Shown: piece after piece, positions 60,122 through 64,000 of the stretch
Layout of the letters: each line of letters starts with the position of its first letter
How positions within the stretch are numbered: position 1 is the stretch's first letter
Assembly (NCBI GenBank): GCA_977017575.1
Contig: CDRNVI010000030.1
Location: 620,001-684,000, forward strand
Direction of reading: 5' to 3'
Origin: Paramoeba atlantica
Taxonomy: Eukaryota > Protista > Discosea
DNA length: 64,000 nt
Notes under the pieces: generated by a model
What the model was told of the DNA's origin: nothing
The model's database searches: none
The model's input: only the letters and a program-made list of their open reading frames with translations
Position numbers and translations under genes: made by a program

Positions 60122-60607
60122 GTGATAGGCAAACAAACGGCGGTAAACGCTCTAATTTTCGTGCTTCTCATGCACCGCTTGCGACACGAGGGTGCTGCTG
60201 TGTCTGCAGAGACACTCGAACACCTCATGCTCGACGACGCCAGCGAAACCGGCAATAAAGCGATTGTCGCCATCCTTTCTGGGCACGAACGTGCGCTAGC
60301 AATTGTTAACCGCAGTGCGGCCGTCGTCAGCAAAACATATTCTGTATCATCTCCTTTCGTCTCTCGTGCTCCAGCGGCACGAAATTCCTACAAGCGGGTG
60401 GCCTCCAATACAGGCACCTCATCGATCAAGCTGTGGAATTATCCCCACGATCCGCACGGTACTTGCCGTCATTGCGGGAAAAAAGGGCACGAAATCCGGG
60501 ATTGCAGGGCGAAACACGTGCAAACTCATGATTCGCACGCGCCAGACAAAAACTATAAGCGTGGTAACGAAAGCGAAGCCCGGAACGACGAATTTCGCAA
60601 GCCGTAG
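60122..60607 (+). pseudogene. gag-like fragment with CCHC zinc knuckle
   Basis: CRHCGKKGHEIRDC. No pol domains seen downstream. Confidence 0.6.
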
Positions 60608-62161
60608 CCTTGTGAGATGAGTTCAGATAAGTGCATTATGTACCTATTGATTTACAGAAACTAATACTGATATGGGCGTCTGTTATCTTCGTCTGCATAT
60701 AAAAAACTTCTACAATGTTTTTAAATTGGGGTAAACCCAGATAAAACCTAGATAACTTGGGCTTCAGGCAACAAAAATCCAACCCTTGAAAAAGAGCAAT
60801 CCATTCACCATCTCATTCAATAACACAATTCTTGGAATTATCATTTTTGGGCGTATCAATCTGTTTTTACGGTATCCGTGTCGTTCAAGAATGAGAACTA
60901 ATGTACTTACCCGAGCTAGTTTCATGAGACTCAGTTCGTATTCAATATCATCTCAGCCTGGGCCATGGGTGGAAAAAATAATTATTAATTGCCTGAAAAT
61001 GCCAAAAATCGACGAAAAATAATTATTCCCTTAAATAAATTAGTGTTTCCTTAATTGGCTTCAGGGTGAAGCAAGTAAAGGGGCTGAAGCCTCACCACCA
61101 CCCCAAGAATACAATCTTCCCTTGTATTCGGGGGCTAGCCCCATCGCTAAGCGTTGGCCATTTTAAGCGTGTAAAAATACACCATCACCCGCCTAAGAGG
61201 GTTGAAACCTATGAAAGGCAAAACCTGGCAAAACCCACATATTCCTCATTGACGTGGCGAAGAAAAATACTTTGTCAAAAATAGTGAAGAACATACTTGG
61301 TCTCCATCGTGCGCTGCAAAACATTTTTTGCGCCACAAAAAATGAAGATTTTGAAAATAATATTTTTCGAAATACACCCCCAGAAAGGGTAGCCGAGGTC
61401 TTGGCGCACATTTTCCACCCCCGTACTCGGGGACGACTCCCCCTGGTATCAACAGGGCGGGGCCGCCAAGTTCAGTTTTTTCTGAAAAGAAAACTAAAAA
61501 AAGTCAACTTAGCGAAAAACATGGCTTAAAAAATAGTTTTTCAAAATCGTTTCACCTATAGTAGTTTGAGAGTTTGGGACCTATACTAGCTTTCTACGCC
61601 GTTGCTTTTACTAGATACCCCTTCCTGAAGCCGTGGCACGTCTCCCAAAATGGCGCCCCAAAAAATAGGTGTCCTGGCAAAACCAGGTAAAACTTGGCAA
61701 ATCCTGGCAAAACCTAACAGGTTTTAACCATCTTAGTGTTCCCTTAATTGGCGTTCCCTTATTTAATGTGTCTCTTAATTAATGTTTCCACGGTATAACA
61801 AAAAAGAAAATTTATAATTATATTCATTAGAATTAATGAGAGAGGGTAGGTGGAAGGACATGATATACAACACTTTAGCTGATAGGATGATCAAATTTGT
61901 TTCGCTGTAAGGATAGAATTCGGGTAAACAAAGATGATAATTATGAGATGTTAACGATAAATATTTGCTTAAGTGCCCATAGAGTAATGAAGGGAGGGCT
62001 AAGATACAAAAGGCAGATCTGCACTTTCTGGAGAAAAATGCACCCATGAACCAAAAAGGTCTTTTCCCACCAAAAAAGCATACCCCCCCAGTAACAGAAA
62101 TTTGACCATTTTGGCCCAAAATCGATTCTATTACTGGGGGGGTATACGGTATACGCCGATT

Positions 62162-62760
62162 CATACCCTGGAGTTTACCCGTAGTGATTCACTACACGGG
62201 GTTAGCTCACTACATTTATGTAGTGAATCACTACTTTTGGTTCACCACATTAGTTCACAATGAGTCCAATGCGGAATTTCCTTGTACTGAAATAATAGCT
62301 CTTCGTCGTGACAATCGGTCCTTGATTAACTCTACAGCCGTTTACAGACCCCGTATCTTTACCATTTTGCGGACCATTGCACGCATTTTGTCTTTGATTT
62401 GAACCTCCAAACTCTTTTTTTATTTGTTTTTGGCCAGTCGAGTTTTCATCGAGTCCCAGCAAAATAAAAAACAAGTAATAGTACAAGAAAACAAAACGAG
62501 TCATAGTACGAAACTATGGGAAATCTGAACAGGGGAAGATAGAGACGGACTCCGTTGCCAATATTTTCCACGTCCAGACTCCCAACTGGGGAAACCCGTT
62601 CATAAAGTTTTTTTAATTCTTTTTGTGTTGCAGCACGGGCGACATGGTTGACCGGGCAACCATTCCTCCTGCCCCACAGTCGGTGCTCTATAAAACCCCA
62701 TACCTTATAGCGGTTTGATAAAAGAAAACCCAAGTACATTGCCGCCCGAGAAAAAAATTA
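62162..62760. mobile_element. End of an element related to 10642-12860 (CATACCC terminus); right limit approximate
   Basis: Starts CATACCCTGG. TTTTGGCCAGTCGAGTTT...CGAGTCC.AGCAA is shared with ~10995-11032. Confidence 0.55.
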
Positions 62761-63262
62761 TAACACACAATCATTTAACTACTCAACAGAAGCTGGCTCT
62801 ATGTCAATCTGATGAGTCGAATCCGATGAGAAGCTCGGCGAAAAATACTCGGTAAGTGTTCGCGCGGTTTCCAGGATCAAGAAGGGTGCAGCTTTTTTTC
62901 AAGCCATTGTGAATAATGGCGGTAGACGAAAAAAAAGAGAAAGGGGCTTTAACTACGAGCGGCAACATACAGTGAAAAAAGTTGACAAAGATGTTACTGA
63001 TCTAATTGAAAAACACAAGGTGATATTAAAAGAAATAGTTTTTGACAACATAGAACGCCACGGAGTGTTTAGAGGTAATTTGTCGGAGAGAAGGAAAGAA
63101 CACATAAACCCCCCGCAGTCAAAAGTCACCCCACCTAACTTTTCAGCCAAGTGTCCGTTTGAACTGATTTTTGTTGCATTTTGCAGATCTCAACACAAAG
63201 GCTTTGCGCGCTAAAAACCGGAATCAAAAAAATTATTCATGATAGTTTATATTTAACATTTA

Positions 63263-64000
63263 CAGTGCTCGCAAAAATTAGTAAAACTTTTATTGTAAAA
63301 TAGTAAAAAAGTTTTACTAATTAAAAATTCACTAATTTTTGTTTTACTAATTTTTGCACTGCCACAAAAAATTTGCCAACTTGATAAAATCAATTTTTAC
63401 AGAAACGGTATTTCTGTCGCTTGAGTAGGCTGCCTCCTCTAAGGTCGGCGTTAGTACCATCTGCAAAATGGTAATGCTAGGGAAGACCGCGAGGAGGTCC
63501 CGACCATGCTTCCCCATGCTGAGTGTGTCAGGCTTCAGTGAAGCGTATTACAAAGAAAATCCTTACAAAGAATATTCCCCCAAAAGGGATTGACTTTTAC
63601 CCCCTCCCATACAATGTCCCTACATGAGTATTTTCTTAAATATGAAAAAAATCTCTTAAATACAAGAGAGCGATGTTTCGCGTTCGCGGAGCGGAGAAAG
63701 TCTTTTAAAAATAGGAGTATAACGAACAAGAAAGTCGGAGATTCAGAAAAAAATCAGGAGCGGGGAAAGTAACATGTGTCTGTAGCACAGAGTAAAAAAC
63801 ACCCCCAAAAAATAATATTAATAAAAATCTTGCTCACAGAAATCTTGCTCGCTTTCGTGCGACATAATCTGAATAATAGTAATCTGAAAACGTTTCGTAA
63901 AAAAAGATAGAATTCCGAAAAAAACAAAAAAATGTAAGGTGTAAAACCTGAATTTTGCAAAATGTTTTACTAATTAAAAATTTACTAATTTTTGTTTTAC
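63263..64000. mobile_element. Copy of the 48842 element, running off the window end
   Basis: Near-identical direct repeat. Confidence 0.8.

Noticed and set aside
60640-60665. Another SL-like motif (minus strand TATTAGTTTCTGTAAATC)
   Set aside because: Only the GTTTCTGTA core matches and no defined terminus is nearby, so it could be chance.

Overview
Eukaryotic, intron-poor and very transposon-dense DNA. It is most likely from a kinetoplastid or diplonemid-like euglenozoan. This is inferred from spliced-leader (SL)-like sequences, uninterrupted co-oriented host genes, and an ingi-like LINE, a VIPER-order tyrosine-recombinase retroelement and Merlin elements. Only four host genes are recognisable, all on the minus strand: a RECQL4-like helicase, an OCRL/INPP5B-like phosphatase, RPB11 and UPF3. 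The rest is nested mobile DNA: a disrupted APE-RT-RNaseH LINE; an 8.1 kb gag-YR-RT/RH element with ~193 bp inverted termini; Merlin (x3), Tc1 (x2), pogo, hAT-like and DDE_Tnp_4-like transposase remnants; many MITEs; tRNA-headed SINE-like elements; and at least 15 copies or fragments of a ~880 bp hairpin-ended non-coding repeat (called Repeat A here) that resembles a Helentron/Helitron2 derivative. The most striking unexplained pattern is an SL-exon-like motif about 135-185 bp inside one end of several unrelated DNA transposons, always pointing outward. A separate, better-conserved SL exon with a GT donor heads a highly structured ~590 bp insert. Two transposons with CATA...TATG ends and 6-bp TSDs share a zinc finger but show different catalytic signatures. 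All family assignments come from reading motifs by eye; no searches were run.
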